64,000 nt of DNA from NCBI GenBank assembly GCA_017309275.1, contig JAFKLT010000043.1, forward strand, positions 24,572-88,571, written 5' to 3'. Below the pieces are notes generated by a model. That model saw only the letters and a program-made list of their open reading frames with translations. It did not search any database and was not told where the DNA came from. The position numbers were made by a program, and so were the translations under genes. Positions within the stretch are counted from its first letter, which is position 1. Each line of letters starts with the position of its first letter. Positions 19,733 through 32,037 of this stretch are shown in pieces. The DNA is from Sphingomonadales bacterium. Its GTDB lineage: Bacteria > Pseudomonadota > Alphaproteobacteria > Sphingomonadales > Sphingomonadaceae.

Positions 19733-20863
19733 CTATCCAATCAAGCGTGCGATCCGGTCCCAAAGGCCGAATGAGCCCAAATCATTGAAAGTCACGACCA
19801 GCATCAACGTCACGATTGCCGCAAAGCCGAATCGGAACGCCCATTCCTGCACCTGCGGGGGCGCAGGCCGCCGCCTGATCGCCTCATAGGCATAGAAAAG
19901 CAAATGACCGCCATCGAGCATGGGCAATGGCAACAGGTTGATGAACCCCAGATTGATGGAGACGAACGCGATGAACGAGATCAGCGTGATCATGCCCAGC
20001 GTCGCCACCTCGCCCGACTGCTTCGCGATCCGCAGCGGCCCGCCCATCTCCTTGACCGAGCGCTCCCCGGTCGCGAACTGGCCCAGCACGCCGCCGGTCA
20101 GCCGCACCATGTCCCAGGTCTGCTTCGCACCCGCCTGCAGCGCCGTGATGGGGCCCGCCGACGACAGCACCGGCTGTCCCGGGAGGATGCCGATCACCGC
20201 CCGCTCGCTCTTGTTTCCAAATTGGTCCGTTTCGGAAATAATTCGCGGGCGCAGCGTGACGTCGAGCTGTTCTCCGCCGCGTTCGATATGCAGCTTCGCG
20301 GGCGCGCCCAGGTCGAACGCGACCGCGATGCGGATGTCCGAAAAGCTTTCCATCGTCCGCCCGTTGATCGCGCTTATGCGATCGCCGACGCGCAGCCCCG
20401 CCTCATCGGCGGCGCTGCCCGCCTGAACCGCCGAAATCACCGGCGGGGTCGTGGGAATACCGTAAACCAGGTTGAAGCCCGCGAATATCGCGATCGCGAA
20501 CAGGAAGTTGGTCATCGGACCGGCCGCGACGATCAGCGCCCGCTTCCACACCGGCTGCGCGGGAAAGCTGTGCGCGCGCACGTCGTCCGGCAACTGCCGC
20601 CAGTTCGCATCGGGCTGGCTGACCGCGTCGCGGTCGCCCGCGAACTGGACATAGCCGCCGAGCGGCAGCCAGCCGATCTTCCATTCGGTGCCGCGCTTGT
20701 CGGTCCATCCCAACACCTTGCGACCGAAACCGATAGAGAAGGTATCGGCCTTCACCCCGCACCAGCGACCGACGATATAATGCCCATATTCATGCACGAA
20801 CACGAGCGGCCCGAGGACGAGCAGGAAGGCGACGAGATAGAGCCAGGGGGGCACGTCAAGCAT
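19733..20863 (-). CDS. rseP: RIP metalloprotease RseP
   Basis: FVHEYGH (HExxH), AGPMTN, PDZ domain, NLLPLPMLDGGH. Confidence 0.95.
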   Translation of the reverse strand: MLDVPPWLYLVAFLLVLGPLVFVHEYGHYIVGRWCGVKADTFSIGFGRKVLGWTDKRGTEWKIGWLPLGGYVQFAGDRDAVSQPDANWRQLPDDVRAHSFPAQPVWKRALIVAAGPMTNFLFAIAIFAGFNLVYGIPTTPPVISAVQAGSAADEAGLRVGDRISAINGRTMESFSDIRIAVAFDLGAPAKLHIERGGEQLDVTLRPRIISETDQFGNKSERAVIGILPGQPVLSSAGPITALQAGAKQTWDMVRLTGGVLGQFATGERSVKEMGGPLRIAKQSGEVATLGMITLISFIAFVSINLGFINLLPLPMLDGGHLLFYAYEAIRRRPAPPQVQEWAFRFGFAAIVTLMLVVTFNDLGSFGLWDRIARLIG

Positions 20864-22019
20864 GTTCGTATTGTTCCACAAGATGCTGCGCGGCGAGGCG
20901 CGATGCCGCATCGACGCTGAATATGTCCTGAAGCGACGTCGGCACCGCGGGTGCTGCGGCATCGATCACATTGCGCACCGTGTCAACGATCGCCGGAAAG
21001 GGGATGCGGCCGGCGAGGAAGGCGGCGACCGCCACCTCGTTCGCCGCGTTGAGCTGCGCCGGACGCGCGCCGCCCTCGGCGATCGCGGCGCGGCAAAGCG
21101 CGGTGGCGGGGAAACGCGTTTCGTCCGGAGCCTCGAAATCGAGGCGGGCGATCGTCGCGAGGTCGAGCGGCGCGCACGGCGTCACCATCCGCTGCGGCCA
21201 GGCGAGCGCGCTGGCGATCGGGATACGCATGTCGGGCGAGCCGAGCTGGGCCAGGGTCGAGCAGTCGACATATTCGACCAGGCTGTGGATCACCGATTGC
21301 GGATGGACGAGGATTTCGATGCGGTCGAGCCCGACGGGGAACAGGTGATGCGCCTCGATCAGCTCAAGGCCCTTGTTCATCATCGTCGCCGAATCGACGC
21401 TGATCTTTGCGCCCATCGACCAGTTGGGATGCGCAACCGCCTGCGCCGGGGTGACGCGCGCCATGTCCGCCGCGCTCATGGTACGGAACGGTCCGCCGCT
21501 CGCGGTCAGGATGATACGGCGCACCTGGTCGAGGCGTCCGCCCGCCAGGCACTGGAAAATCGCATTATGCTCGCTGTCGATGGGCAGGATCGTCGCGCCC
21601 GATTTGTGCGCGGCGGCAATCATGAGCTCGCCAGCGGAGACCAGCGACTCCTTGTTGGCCAGCGCGACGTTGCGGCCCGCCTCCAACGCCGCCATCGTGG
21701 GCGCCAGCCCGGCGGTGCCGACAATCGCCGCCAGGACGAGATCGGTGGGATAGGTCGCGGCCTCGACCAGCGCCTCCGCGCCGGCCGCAACGCCGATATT
21801 TGTGCCGGCAAGCGCCTGCTGAAGCTCGCCATAACGGCTTTCGTCGGCGATCACGACCAGATCGGGACGGAATTCGAGCGCCAGCCGCGCCAGTTCCGCG
21901 ACATCGCTGTTCGCCGTCAGGACACCGACCTGCCAAGCCTCGCCATCGCGGCGGACGAGATCGAGGGTGGATTGCCCGACCGACCCCGTGGCCCCGAACA
22001 GCGAGAGGCGCCGCGCCAC
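20856..22019 (-). CDS. dxr: 1-deoxy-D-xylulose 5-phosphate reductoisomerase
   Basis: GATGSVG, LANKESLV, PIDSEH, LTASGGPF, HPNWSMGAKISVDSATMMNKGLE. Confidence 0.97.
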   Translation of the reverse strand: MARRLSLFGATGSVGQSTLDLVRRDGEAWQVGVLTANSDVAELARLALEFRPDLVVIADESRYGELQQALAGTNIGVAAGAEALVEAATYPTDLVLAAIVGTAGLAPTMAALEAGRNVALANKESLVSAGELMIAAAHKSGATILPIDSEHNAIFQCLAGGRLDQVRRIILTASGGPFRTMSAADMARVTPAQAVAHPNWSMGAKISVDSATMMNKGLELIEAHHLFPVGLDRIEILVHPQSVIHSLVEYVDCSTLAQLGSPDMRIPIASALAWPQRMVTPCAPLDLATIARLDFEAPDETRFPATALCRAAIAEGGARPAQLNAANEVAVAAFLAGRIPFPAIVDTVRNVIDAAAPAVPTSLQDIFSVDAASRLAAQHLVEQYEHA

Positions 22020-22020
22020 C

Positions 22021-22689
22021 CTAGCCCCGGATCACGATATGGCCCGCGAAAGCGAGCCCGCCGAGGATAAGCGCGACGGGAAGCAGCCCATCGACGCGGT
22101 CGAAGAGGCCGCCATGGCCGGGGATCAGCTTGCCCGAATCCTTGACGCCCGCGCGGCGCTTCATCCAGCTTTCGCCCAGATCGCCGAGCTGCGCGACCAG
22201 GCCCATGATCAGGCCGATCCACAGCGGAACGCCGATGATCCCGCCGCGGTCGGCAATCGTCGAGCCGACGACGAGCGCGGCCACCATGCCGCCGACCAGC
22301 CCGGACCAGGTCTTCGACGGGCTGATCTTTGGCGCAAGCCGCGCTCCGCCGAAGGCACGGCCGGCGAAATAGGCGCCGATGTCGGTCGCCCACACCATGC
22401 CGAAGACCCAAAGCGCCGCCGTCATGCCGAGGTGGTCGCGGACGAACCAGAGCCCAGCCATCGCGCCCAGGATCGCAAGCGGACCACCAATGGTCAGCGC
22501 GGTCCTTGCCCCGCTGCCGAGGCCCATTGCGCGCACCAGCGCGAGCCATTCGACCACGACGAGCGCCCCGCCGACCAGCAACAACAGACCGAAAGCGATA
22601 CCGCCGAACCACAAGGCCGTGCCCGCAATGGCGAACAGCACGATGGCCGACCCGACGCGCGTCCAAAGATCCGACTTGCCCGCCGCCAT
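22021..22689 (-). CDS. cdsA: Phosphatidate cytidylyltransferase
   Basis: TDIGAYFAG, ISPSKTWSG, GDLGESWMKR..VKDSG..IPGHGG..DRVD. Confidence 0.95.
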   Translation of the reverse strand: MAAGKSDLWTRVGSAIVLFAIAGTALWFGGIAFGLLLLVGGALVVVEWLALVRAMGLGSGARTALTIGGPLAILGAMAGLWFVRDHLGMTAALWVFGMVWATDIGAYFAGRAFGGARLAPKISPSKTWSGLVGGMVAALVVGSTIADRGGIIGVPLWIGLIMGLVAQLGDLGESWMKRRAGVKDSGKLIPGHGGLFDRVDGLLPVALILGGLAFAGHIVIRG

Positions 22690-22692
22690 AGT

Positions 22693-23385
22693 CTAGAGTC
22701 CCCCGTAGCGGCGTTCGCGCCGCGCAAAATGATCGAGTGCCGCCTGAAGGTCGGCCGGCGAGAAATCCGGCCATAATTTATCGGTGAAGTACAGCTCGGC
22801 ATAGGCCGACTGCCAGAGCAGGAAATTCGACAGCCGCACCTCGCCAGAGGTTCGAATGAGCAGGTCGAGCGGCGGCATGTCGGCCGTGTCGAGGTTGGCC
22901 TCGATCGCCTCGGCCGTGATTTCGCCCGCGGCGGCGGCAGCCTTTGCCGCGCGCACCAGCTCATCCTGCGAGCCATAGTTCAGCGCGACGGCCAGCGTGG
23001 TGCGCTTGTTTCCGGCAGTGCGCTCGAGCGCCTTTTCGATGAGGTCGACGACATCGGGCGCGAGCCCGCGCCAGTCGCCGATGATCTTCAACCGCACGTC
23101 GTTCGCCGCGAATTCTTCGAGATCGCTGATGATGAAGCGCTTCATCAGCCCCATCAGGTCGCTGACCTCTTCCTCCGGGCGCTTCCAGTTTTCCGACGAA
23201 AAGGCATAGAGGGTCATCGCCTCGATGCCAAGGTCGCCCGCCGCGCGGACGATCGTCCGCACCGCCTCGACGCCGGCCTTGTGCCCGGCGACGCGCGGCA
23301 GGAAACGTTTCTTGGCCCAGCGGCCGTTGCCATCCATGATGATGGCAACGTGGCGCGCACCGTGACTGGCGGCTGGCGTCGTCAT
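22693..23385 (-). CDS. uppS: Undecaprenyl diphosphate synthase
   Basis: [41 protein letters not shown]. Confidence 0.97.
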   Translation of the reverse strand: MTTPAASHGARHVAIIMDGNGRWAKKRFLPRVAGHKAGVEAVRTIVRAAGDLGIEAMTLYAFSSENWKRPEEEVSDLMGLMKRFIISDLEEFAANDVRLKIIGDWRGLAPDVVDLIEKALERTAGNKRTTLAVALNYGSQDELVRAAKAAAAAGEITAEAIEANLDTADMPPLDLLIRTSGEVRLSNFLLWQSAYAELYFTDKLWPDFSPADLQAALDHFARRERRYGGL

Positions 23386-23419
23386 TCTTGTTCCAGGGCT
23401 CCGGCGACCATGCGGTCCA

Positions 23420-23974
23420 CTAGCCCAGGATTTCCTTTTCCTTCGCGGTCGCCGCGGCGTCGATTTCGGCGATGGTGCTGTCGGTCAGCTTCTGGACTTC
23501 GGTTTCGGCGCGCTTGCGCTCGTCCTCGCTGATTTCCTTCTTGTTTTCGTCCTGCTTCAGATTGTCCATGCCATCGCGGCGGACGTTGCGCGCAGCGACA
23601 CGTGCCTTTTCGGCATATTGGCCGGCGAGCTTGGACAGTTCCTTGCGGCGCTCCTGCGTCATTTCGGGGATCGGCAGGCGCAGCAGCTGGCCATCGACGA
23701 TCGGGTTGAGGCCGAGGCCCGCCGAGCGGATCGCCTTGTCGACCGGACCGACGTTCGACTTGTCCCACACCTGCACCGCGAGCATGCGCGGTTCGGGCAC
23801 GCTGACCGAAGCAACCTGGTTGAGCGGCATGTGCGAGCCATAAACCTCGACCGTCACCGGATCGAGCAGCGCGGTATTCGCGCGGCCGGTGCGCAGACCC
23901 GCCAGATCATGCTTCAGCGATTCGACCGCGCCGTGCATGCGGCGCTCAAGGTCGGCCTTGTCATATTTCGCCAT
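23420..23974 (-). CDS. frr: Ribosome recycling factor
   Basis: LRTGRAN, GLNP, ERRKEL, KEKEIL; ATG at 23974 with RBS. Confidence 0.97.
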   Translation of the reverse strand: MAKYDKADLERRMHGAVESLKHDLAGLRTGRANTALLDPVTVEVYGSHMPLNQVASVSVPEPRMLAVQVWDKSNVGPVDKAIRSAGLGLNPIVDGQLLRLPIPEMTQERRKELSKLAGQYAEKARVAARNVRRDGMDNLKQDENKKEISEDERKRAETEVQKLTDSTIAEIDAAATAKEKEILG

Positions 23975-23997
23975 CTGTCTTTCCTCTCTTGATCCTG

Positions 23998-24720
23998 TCA
24001 GTCGTCGCTGCGGACGATCGTCGCGACGCCCTCGCCCGTCAGCACGCGGGCCAGATTGCCGGCCTCGCGAATGTTGAACACGACGATGGGAATATTGTTG
24101 TCGCGGCACAGCGCCACCGCGCTCGCATCCATCACCTTCAGATTGTCCGCGAGCACGCGGTCGTAGCTGAGGCTATCATAGCGGACCGCGCTCGGATCCT
24201 TCTTGGGGTCGGCATTATATACGCCGTCGACGCTGGTGCCCTTCAGCAGCGCGTCGCACTTCATCTCGGCGGCGCGCAGCGCGGCGCCGCTGTCGGTGGT
24301 GAAATAGGGTGCACCGACGCCGGCCGCGAAGATCACGACCCGGCCCTTTTCCAGATGGCGCTCGGCGCGGCGGCGGATGACCGGCTCGCACACCTTGTCC
24401 ATCTCGATCGCCGACTGGACACGCGTCTGGACGCCCAGCTGCTCGAGCGCATTCTGCATGGCCAGCGCGTTCATCACGGTCGCCAGCATGCCCATATAGT
24501 CGGCCTGTGCGCGGTCCATGCCCTTTGCCGCGCCCGCCATGCCGCGAAAGATATTGCCGCCGCCGATCACCAGACAGATCTCTAGGCCGCGATCCTTCGC
24601 TTCCTTTACCTCTGCCGCCATGCTGGCGACGGTTTCGGGGTCGATGCCGAACGGGGTCGAACCCATCAGCGCCTCGCCCGACAGCTTGAGCAGGATGCGT
24701 TTCATGCCGGGCAAAGCCAT
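23998..24720 (-). CDS. pyrH: Uridylate kinase
   Basis: [43 protein letters not shown]. Confidence 0.97.
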   Translation of the reverse strand: MALPGMKRILLKLSGEALMGSTPFGIDPETVASMAAEVKEAKDRGLEICLVIGGGNIFRGMAGAAKGMDRAQADYMGMLATVMNALAMQNALEQLGVQTRVQSAIEMDKVCEPVIRRRAERHLEKGRVVIFAAGVGAPYFTTDSGAALRAAEMKCDALLKGTSVDGVYNADPKKDPSAVRYDSLSYDRVLADNLKVMDASAVALCRDNNIPIVVFNIREAGNLARVLTGEGVATIVRSDD

Positions 24721-24836
24721 GTCGGGGGGAACCTCTTGCAAACTCGATAAATGCGAATGGCGCGCACCCTAGAGAGAGTACGCGCCATTGCCAAGCGGAC
24801 TGCGGCGCCCAAGGCGCAGCAATCCAATCCAATAAA

Positions 24837-25763
24837 TCAGACGCCAGCGGCCGCAGCGACTTCCGCCGCGAAGTCGCTTTCTTCCTTCTCGATGCCTTCA
24901 CCGAGCTGGAAGCGGACGAAGCCCTTGAGCGTGATCGTCGCGCCGACATCCTTGCCGGCAGCGGCAACGACTTCGGCAACCGGAGTCTTGCCGTCGATCA
25001 CGAACAGCTGCGACAGCAGCGCGTTTTCCTTGCGGAACTTGGCGATCGATCCGTCGACCATCTTGGCGACGATTTCGGCGGGCTTGCCCGACTGGGCCGC
25101 CTTTTCTTCGGCGATCGCACGTTCGCGCGCGACCATGTCGGCGTCGAGATCGTCACCGTTCAGCGCCAGCGGGAACGCGGCAGCGACGTGCATCGCAAGC
25201 TGCTTGCCGAGCGGTTCGAGAACGTCGGCGCCAGCGGTCGATTCGAGCGCGATCAGCACGCCGATCTTGCCCATGCCGGGCGCAACCGCATTGTGGACAT
25301 AACCCGTCACGACGCCCGAGCCGACCGACAGGACGGCCGCACGGCGCAGCGACTGGTTCTCACCGATCGTCGCGATATTGCTGGTCAGCTTTTCCGCGAC
25401 GGTGCCGCCGGTCGGATAAGCCGTCGCGGCGAGCGCGTCGATGTCGGTGATGTTGCCGGCAAGCGCGACCTGCGTCACTTCGCGGACGAACTCCTGGAAC
25501 TGCTCGTTCTTGCCGACGAAGTCGGTTTCGCTGTTCACTTCGACGAGCGCACCCTTGGTGCCGTCGGTCGCAAAGCCGACGAGACCTTCGGCGGCGACAC
25601 GGCCGGCCTTCTTGGCGGCGGCGGCGAGGCCCTTGGTGCGCAGCCAGTCGATCGACGCTTCGATATCGCCGTTGTTTTCGGCAAGCGCCTTTTTGCAATC
25701 CATCATGCCGGCGCCGGTGCGGTCGCGCAGTTCCTTGACGAGAGCGGCCGTAATCTCAGCCAT
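24837..25763 (-). CDS. tsf: Elongation factor Ts
   Basis: [37 protein letters not shown]. Confidence 0.98.
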   Translation of the reverse strand: MAEITAALVKELRDRTGAGMMDCKKALAENNGDIEASIDWLRTKGLAAAAKKAGRVAAEGLVGFATDGTKGALVEVNSETDFVGKNEQFQEFVREVTQVALAGNITDIDALAATAYPTGGTVAEKLTSNIATIGENQSLRRAAVLSVGSGVVTGYVHNAVAPGMGKIGVLIALESTAGADVLEPLGKQLAMHVAAAFPLALNGDDLDADMVARERAIAEEKAAQSGKPAEIVAKMVDGSIAKFRKENALLSQLFVIDGKTPVAEVVAAAGKDVGATITLKGFVRFQLGEGIEKEESDFAAEVAAAAGV

Positions 25764-25843
25764 GGGGTGTTCCTTTCCAAAAGGGGCAGGCTCTGTTCGG
25801 CCTGCGTCCGCCCGCGCGCATGACGGGGCGATAAGTCAAATGA

Positions 25844-25886
25844 ATGACAGGGACGGCGCCAGCCCGAGGCAGCGCCGTCCCGTCAT
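25844..25886 (-). terminator. Hairpin between rpsB and tsf (weak terminator or processing site)
   Basis: ATGAC-A-GGGACGGCGC ... GCGCCGTCCC-GTCAT; modest U-rich tail on the minus strand. Confidence 0.5.
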
Positions 25887-25899
25887 GCGTCATAGCGGA

Positions 25900-26733
<834 letters not shown>

Positions 26734-26828
26734 AGTCTTTCTCCTTCCGGTTAGTCCTCTGAAAGGCAAGAACCGAGGGATCCGCTGAGGGATCATCCCG
26801 GCACCGGTATGTGCGCCTTCCATGTGGA
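26734..26828 (-). ncRNA. rpsB 5' leader (autoregulatory leader candidate)
   Basis: About 95-nt leader with CACATACCGG...AGAGGACTAACCGG elements between the promoter and the ATG; S2 leader regulation is known in other Proteobacteria. Confidence 0.45.
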
Positions 26829-26954
26829 ATGCGCGGGCCGTTAGACGGCCGGCCCGCAAAAAGCAAGGGTCAACAACGTTTCAGGCGTCATTTGCCACAA
26901 CGCCAAAAACTCGCCCGGGCGATAAAGTGACTCCGTTCGTCGCATTTTACTTGA

Positions 26955-26969
26955 GAACAAAACGGGAAC
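26955..26969 (+). promoter_or_regulatory. Alphaproteobacterial LexA (SOS) box
   Basis: Exact GAAC-AAAACGG-GAAC (GAAC-N7-GAAC), overlapping a TTGAGA -35-like hexamer. Confidence 0.75.
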
Positions 26970-26982
26970 ATGGAACTAAAGA

Positions 26983-26999
26983 GTTAACGAAACCGTAAC
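26983..26999 (-). promoter_or_regulatory. CtrA-like box
   Basis: Minus strand TTAC-GGTTTCG-TTAAC, one mismatch from TTAA-N7-TTAAC. Confidence 0.45.
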
Positions 27000-27040
27000 A
27001 TCGAGCGGTTTCGCAGGAAACGAAGCCGAAAGGACATATC

Positions 27041-27286
27041 ATGGTTCAGGTCGCTGCAGCTCTCCTCTTCGCCCTTGCCGCCGGGCTTGGTCTGACCGTG
27101 ATTGTCGCGATGCTTCGTTCCAATGGAGACGCGATCCTGTCGGCGCTGTCCGGCGAGGGCGCCTTCCCTGCCGAGGCCGCGCCGCATCCCGGCCCCGCCG
27201 CCAATATCATCACGCTGCGCCAGCCGATGCGCCGCCACGCGGCCCGCCCCGCGCGCGTCCAGCCGCTTCTCAGCCGCGCCGCCTGA
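27041..27286 (+). CDS. Small single-TM hypothetical protein (81 aa)
   Basis: MVQVAAALLFALAAGLGLTVIVAMLRSNGDAILSAL..., AAGGA RBS, Pro/Arg-rich tail. Confidence 0.75.
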   Translation: MVQVAAALLFALAAGLGLTVIVAMLRSNGDAILSALSGEGAFPAEAAPHPGPAANIITLRQPMRRHAARPARVQPLLSRAA

Positions 27287-28043
27287 TACGCGCATAGCTC
27301 GCCAGTCCGAAGGGTATCAGCGTAACATAGATGACGCTGACTGCGAGCAGCGTATGCCACGGCGCGGTGACCAACGCCGCACCCAGCAACCCCACCCCCG
27401 CGAGCGCGAACAGCCGCCATGAACGGCGCAGGCGGATCGACGACCAGCTGTAGGTCGGGATCGCCGAGATCATCAGCATGGCGACACCAAGTCCCCAGGG
27501 CATGACGATGTACCATTCGCGGAAAAGGTCGTTGCCCGTGACCAGCCAGAGATAGAGCGGAACGAACGAGAGCCCGGCGCCTGCGGGCGCGGGGATGCCG
27601 GTCAGGAAGCCGGCCGACTTGTGCGGCTGGAATTCCGAATCCATCCGCGAATTGAAACGCGCGAGACGCAGCGCACAGCAGACCGCGAGCGCGAGAGCCG
27701 CGGTCCAGCCGAACTTCGGCGCATATTGCAGCGACCAGAGGAACAGCACCATGGCCGGCGCGACGCCGAAGGCGATCACGTCGGACAGCGAATCGAGCTC
27801 GGCGCCGAACTTGCTCTGTGCCCGAAGCAGACGCGCGATGCGCCCGTCCATTCCATCCAGCACGCCGGCAAAGATGATCGCGGCCAGCGCCTTATCCCAC
27901 TCCTCGCCGATCGCGAAGCGCACGCCGGTCAGGCCGAAGCACAGCGCAAGGGCGGTAATGGCGTTGGGCGCAAAGGCGCGCAGCGGTATTCCGCCTACAC
28001 TGCGCGCAGCGGTACCCGTATCGATCTCCGGTTCGCCCGCCAC
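27270..28043 (-). CDS. pssA: CDP-diacylglycerol--serine O-phosphatidyltransferase
   Basis: PNAIT, DGMDGRIAR, FGAELDSLSD, RLARFN, FLTGIPAP; GTG start. Confidence 0.93.
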   Translation of the reverse strand: MAGEPEIDTGTAARSVGGIPLRAFAPNAITALALCFGLTGVRFAIGEEWDKALAAIIFAGVLDGMDGRIARLLRAQSKFGAELDSLSDVIAFGVAPAMVLFLWSLQYAPKFGWTAALALAVCCALRLARFNSRMDSEFQPHKSAGFLTGIPAPAGAGLSFVPLYLWLVTGNDLFREWYIVMPWGLGVAMLMISAIPTYSWSSIRLRRSWRLFALAGVGLLGAALVTAPWHTLLAVSVIYVTLIPFGLASYARIRRRG

Positions 28044-28044
28044 T

Positions 28045-28779
28045 CTATTGGCCGACGCCGTCGAGGGTCTCGGACTTGCCGATACGCGCGACGATCGTCT
28101 CTCCCGCCAGCGTGCGCTGCCCCAGGAGAACCTGCGGGGACGTACCCGTCGGCAGATAGACATCGACGCGGCTGCCGAAGCGGATCAGGCCGACGCGCTG
28201 CCCGGTCGCAAGCTCGGCGCCCATGCTGACGAACGGCAGGATGCGCCGCGCGACGAGTCCGGCGATCTGCGTGAAACCGATACGCACGCCGTCGGCGCGT
28301 TCGACGACGAAATGCTGGCGCTCATTCTCTTCGCTCGCCTTGTCGAGGTCGGCGTTCAGGAACTTGCCGGGCAGATAGACCAGCTTTTTCAGGGTGCCGG
28401 CGACCGGCGTACGGTTGATGTGGACGTCGAATACGCTCATGAAAATCGAAACGCGCAGCATCGTCGCATCGTTCAATCCGTCGGGTCCGGCGATCTCGGG
28501 CGGGGGCGCGACCTCGGCGATCTGGGTCACCAGCCCGTCGGCGGGTGCGATGATGACGTCGGATCCGGTCGGCGTGACGCGCACGGGATCGCGGAAGAAG
28601 GCCGCGACCCAAATGGTGATGCCGAAGGCGATCCAGCCGACGATTTCCCAGCCGAGAAGCCAGAAACAGAGCGTGATGACCCCCGCGATGAGCAGGAATT
28701 TGCGGCCTTCGGGGTGCACCGAGGGCCAACGCCACTTGATGCCGCCGCCAGGGCGGTTCGATGAGATGGTTGTGGACAT
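28045..28779 (-). CDS. psd: Phosphatidylserine decarboxylase proenzyme
   Basis: [37 protein letters not shown] self-cleavage motif. Confidence 0.95.
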   Translation of the reverse strand: MSTTISSNRPGGGIKWRWPSVHPEGRKFLLIAGVITLCFWLLGWEIVGWIAFGITIWVAAFFRDPVRVTPTGSDVIIAPADGLVTQIAEVAPPPEIAGPDGLNDATMLRVSIFMSVFDVHINRTPVAGTLKKLVYLPGKFLNADLDKASEENERQHFVVERADGVRIGFTQIAGLVARRILPFVSMGAELATGQRVGLIRFGSRVDVYLPTGTSPQVLLGQRTLAGETIVARIGKSETLDGVGQ

Positions 28780-28963
28780 GGCAGCCTTTCTAGGCAGCAG
28801 GTCCCATACTGACAATGGGATAAGACCGGCGATCGCACGTCGCACCGCAATCGGTGCGCAGGCGACGGGCGCGATCGACGGAGGAACACGGGGCGGTTGA
28901 TCAATCGCGCAGCTTTGCCTAAGGCCCGCTCAACTCCGACTCCCCAAGGAAAAAGGCAGCAGC

Positions 28964-30178
28964 ATGGGCAAGATCAAGGTAGCCAACCCGGTAGTCGAAC
29001 TCGACGGCGATGAAATGACCCGGATCATCTGGCAGTGGATCCGCGAACGGCTGATCCTTCCCTATCTCGACGTCGACCTGCATTATTATGACCTCGGCAT
29101 CGAGGAACGCGACCGTACCGACGACAAGATCACCGTCGACGCGGCGAACGCGATCAAGAAGCATGGCGTCGGCGTGAAGTGCGCGACCATCACCCCCGAC
29201 GAAGCGCGGGTCGAAGAATTCGGCCTCAAAAAGATGTGGAAATCGCCGAACGGCACGATCCGCAACATCCTGGGCGGCGTCGTGTTCCGCGAACCGATCG
29301 TCATGAAGAATGTCCCTCGCCTGGTTCCCGGCTGGACCGATCCGATCGTCGTCGGTCGCCACGCCTTCGGTGACCAGTATCGCGCGACCGACTTCCGCGT
29401 CCCCGGCCCCGGCAAGCTGCGCCTGGTGTTCGAAGGCGAAGACGGCAAGGTCATTGACGAAGAAGTATTCCAGTTCCCATCGTCAGGCGTCGCGATGGCG
29501 ATGTACAACCTCGACGATTCGATCCGCGACTTCGCGCGCGCCAGCCTGAACTATGGCATCGCGCGCCAGTGGCCGGTGTACCTGTCGACCAAGAACACGA
29601 TCCTCAAGGCCTATGACGGCCGCTTCAAGGACCTGTTCGAGGAAGTCTTCACCAACGAGTTCAAGGCGAAGTTCGACGAGCTCGGCATCGTGTACGAACA
29701 CCGCCTGATCGACGACATGGTCGCCTCCGCGCTGAAGTGGAGCGGCAAGTTCGTCTGGGCCTGCAAGAACTACGACGGCGACGTCCAGTCGGATACCGTC
29801 GCGCAGGGCTTTGGCTCGCTCGGCCTTATGACCAGCGTCCTGATGACCCCCGACGGCCAGACGGTGGAATCGGAAGCCGCGCACGGCACGGTCACCCGCC
29901 ACTATCGCATGCACCAGCAGGGCAAGGCGACGTCGACCAACCCGATCGCGTCGATCTTTGCCTGGACCGGCGGTCTGAAGCATCGCGGCAAGCTCGACGG
30001 CACGCCCGAAGTCGTGCAGTTCGCCGACGACCTGGAAAAGGTCTGCGTCGCGACGGTCGAAAGCGGCAAGATGACCAAGGATCTCGCGCTGCTGATCGGT
30101 CCCGACCAGAACTGGCTGACGACCGAAGGCTTCTTCGAAGCGATCGTCGAGAATCTCGACAAGAAGATGGGCGCCTAA
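28964..30178 (+). CDS. icd: NADP-dependent isocitrate dehydrogenase
   Basis: [57 protein letters not shown]. Confidence 0.98.
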   Translation: MGKIKVANPVVELDGDEMTRIIWQWIRERLILPYLDVDLHYYDLGIEERDRTDDKITVDAANAIKKHGVGVKCATITPDEARVEEFGLKKMWKSPNGTIRNILGGVVFREPIVMKNVPRLVPGWTDPIVVGRHAFGDQYRATDFRVPGPGKLRLVFEGEDGKVIDEEVFQFPSSGVAMAMYNLDDSIRDFARASLNYGIARQWPVYLSTKNTILKAYDGRFKDLFEEVFTNEFKAKFDELGIVYEHRLIDDMVASALKWSGKFVWACKNYDGDVQSDTVAQGFGSLGLMTSVLMTPDGQTVESEAAHGTVTRHYRMHQQGKATSTNPIASIFAWTGGLKHRGKLDGTPEVVQFADDLEKVCVATVESGKMTKDLALLIGPDQNWLTTEGFFEAIVENLDKKMGA

Positions 30179-30242
30179 ACAACCAAAAAGGTTGGGTTAG
30201 CCATCTAGCCAATCGGGGCCGGCCTGCATAAGGTCGGCCCTT

Positions 30243-32024
30243 ATGGTATCGGAGACAGAAACCTCGCTCATCGGCGACGCGCTGGTGGTGCTGGGCGCCG
30301 CGGGCGTCATCATTCCCGCCTTCGCGCGCTTCAGGATTTCGCCGGTGATCGGCTTCATCCTCGTCGGCCTGCTCGTGGGGCCATCGGGGCTGGGCGCGCT
30401 GACGGGCGATTATCCCTGGCTGCGCCACATAACGATCGGATCGGCCGAAGAGATTGCGCTGTTCGCCGAACTGGGCATCGTGTTGCTGCTCTTTTCGATC
30501 GGGCTGGAATTATCCTTTCGCCGCCTGTGGCAGCTGCGCAAGCTGGTGTTCGGGATCGGCGCGGCGGAACTCGGGCTGTGCGGGCTGATCCTCGGCACCG
30601 CGCTTTTGCTGTTCGGCAATCTTTCGACCGCCGCCGCTTATGGCCTGGGGATCGCGCTCGCCCTCTCCTCCACTGCGCTTGTGCTCCCGATCGCGGGCAT
30701 GAAGTCGGCGGTCGGCCGCTCGGCATTCTCGATGCTGCTGTTCGAGGATCTGGCACTCGTCCCGATCATCTTCATCCTTGCCGCACTGTCGCCCGACGCC
30801 TCGGGCGACAGCGCCGAGCAGCTATTGACGACCCTGTGGCAGGGCGCACTGGTTGTCGCCGGTCTCGCCATCGGGGGATGGTTCCTGCTGCCGAAGATAT
30901 TCGCCCAGGCAGCCCGCGCGAAAGATCCCGAACTGTTCCTCGCGGCCAGCCTGCTCGTCGTGATCGTCGCCGCGCTAGCCACGGCCGCTGTCGGGCTATC
31001 GCCGATCGTCGGCGCGCTGCTCGCGGGCCTGATGATTGCCGAAACCGAATATCACAATGAAGTCGAGGCGATTACCGCGCCGTTCAAAGGGCTGGCGCTC
31101 GGGGTTTTCCTGATCAGCGTCGGGATGGGGCTCAACCTGAAAAGCATCGCGGCGCTGTGGCCCGAACTGATCGCCGCGGTCGTCGGCGTCGTGCTCGTCA
31201 AGGCGACGGTCACCGCCGCCTTGCTGCGCTTTTCAGGCGTCGTCCGACGCGGCACCGCCGCCGAGGTGGGCCTGCTGATGGCCAGCCCGTCGGAAACCAC
31301 GCTGATCGTGCTCGCGACCGCGCTTCAGGCGCAGATCATCAGCCGCAGCACCGCCGAATTCTGGCAGCTTGTTACCGCCATCGGCCTGACCATCACCCCG
31401 TTGCTGGCACGTATCGGGCACGACGTCGCGCGGCGGATCGAGATGCGCTCCGGCTATGCACAGGCCGAGGAAACGCCCGAGGGACGTACCGTCGTCGTCG
31501 GTTTCGGGCGTGTCGGGCATACGGTCGCCGAGCTGCTGCGCGAACATGGCCGGCCCTACATCGCCGTCGATGCCGATATCGACACGGTCGCAGCCGCCCG
31601 GCGCGACGGCTTCATCGTCCGGTTCGCAGACGTCGCGCGTCCGGGTGCGCTCGACAAGCTGGGAATAGAGAGCGCCAACGCGATCGTCCTGACGATGGAC
31701 GATCCGGTCCAGCAATTGCGCATGACGCGCCAGCTCAAGCAGAAATATCCCGATCTGCCGGTCATCAGCCGCGCACGCGATGCCGATCACGCCGCCGCGC
31801 TCTATCGCGCGGGGGCGAATGATGCGGTGCCCGAAACGCTCGAAAGCTCGCTACAGCTTGCCGAGGCGGTGCTGATCGACCTTGGCGTCGCGATGGGGCC
31901 GGTGATTGCATCGATCCACGACGTGCGCGCCAAGATGCGTCACGACATCATGACCAAAGGCCAGCTCGAACATGAACCGCGCATCCGCAGGACGCGCCCC
32001 ACCCCGGGTAGCGGCAGCGTCTAG
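30243..32024 (+). CDS. CPA2 cation:proton antiporter with C-terminal KTN/RCK domain (KefC-like)
   Basis: Multi-TM CPA2 domain (LLFSIGLE, LLFEDLA), VVVGFGRVG. Confidence 0.9.
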   Translation: MVSETETSLIGDALVVLGAAGVIIPAFARFRISPVIGFILVGLLVGPSGLGALTGDYPWLRHITIGSAEEIALFAELGIVLLLFSIGLELSFRRLWQLRKLVFGIGAAELGLCGLILGTALLLFGNLSTAAAYGLGIALALSSTALVLPIAGMKSAVGRSAFSMLLFEDLALVPIIFILAALSPDASGDSAEQLLTTLWQGALVVAGLAIGGWFLLPKIFAQAARAKDPELFLAASLLVVIVAALATAAVGLSPIVGALLAGLMIAETEYHNEVEAITAPFKGLALGVFLISVGMGLNLKSIAALWPELIAAVVGVVLVKATVTAALLRFSGVVRRGTAAEVGLLMASPSETTLIVLATALQAQIISRSTAEFWQLVTAIGLTITPLLARIGHDVARRIEMRSGYAQAEETPEGRTVVVGFGRVGHTVAELLREHGRPYIAVDADIDTVAAARRDGFIVRFADVARPGALDKLGIESANAIVLTMDDPVQQLRMTRQLKQKYPDLPVISRARDADHAAALYRAGANDAVPETLESSLQLAEAVLIDLGVAMGPVIASIHDVRAKMRHDIMTKGQLEHEPRIRRTRPTPGSGSV

Positions 32025-32037
32025 ATAGGGCCGGTCC

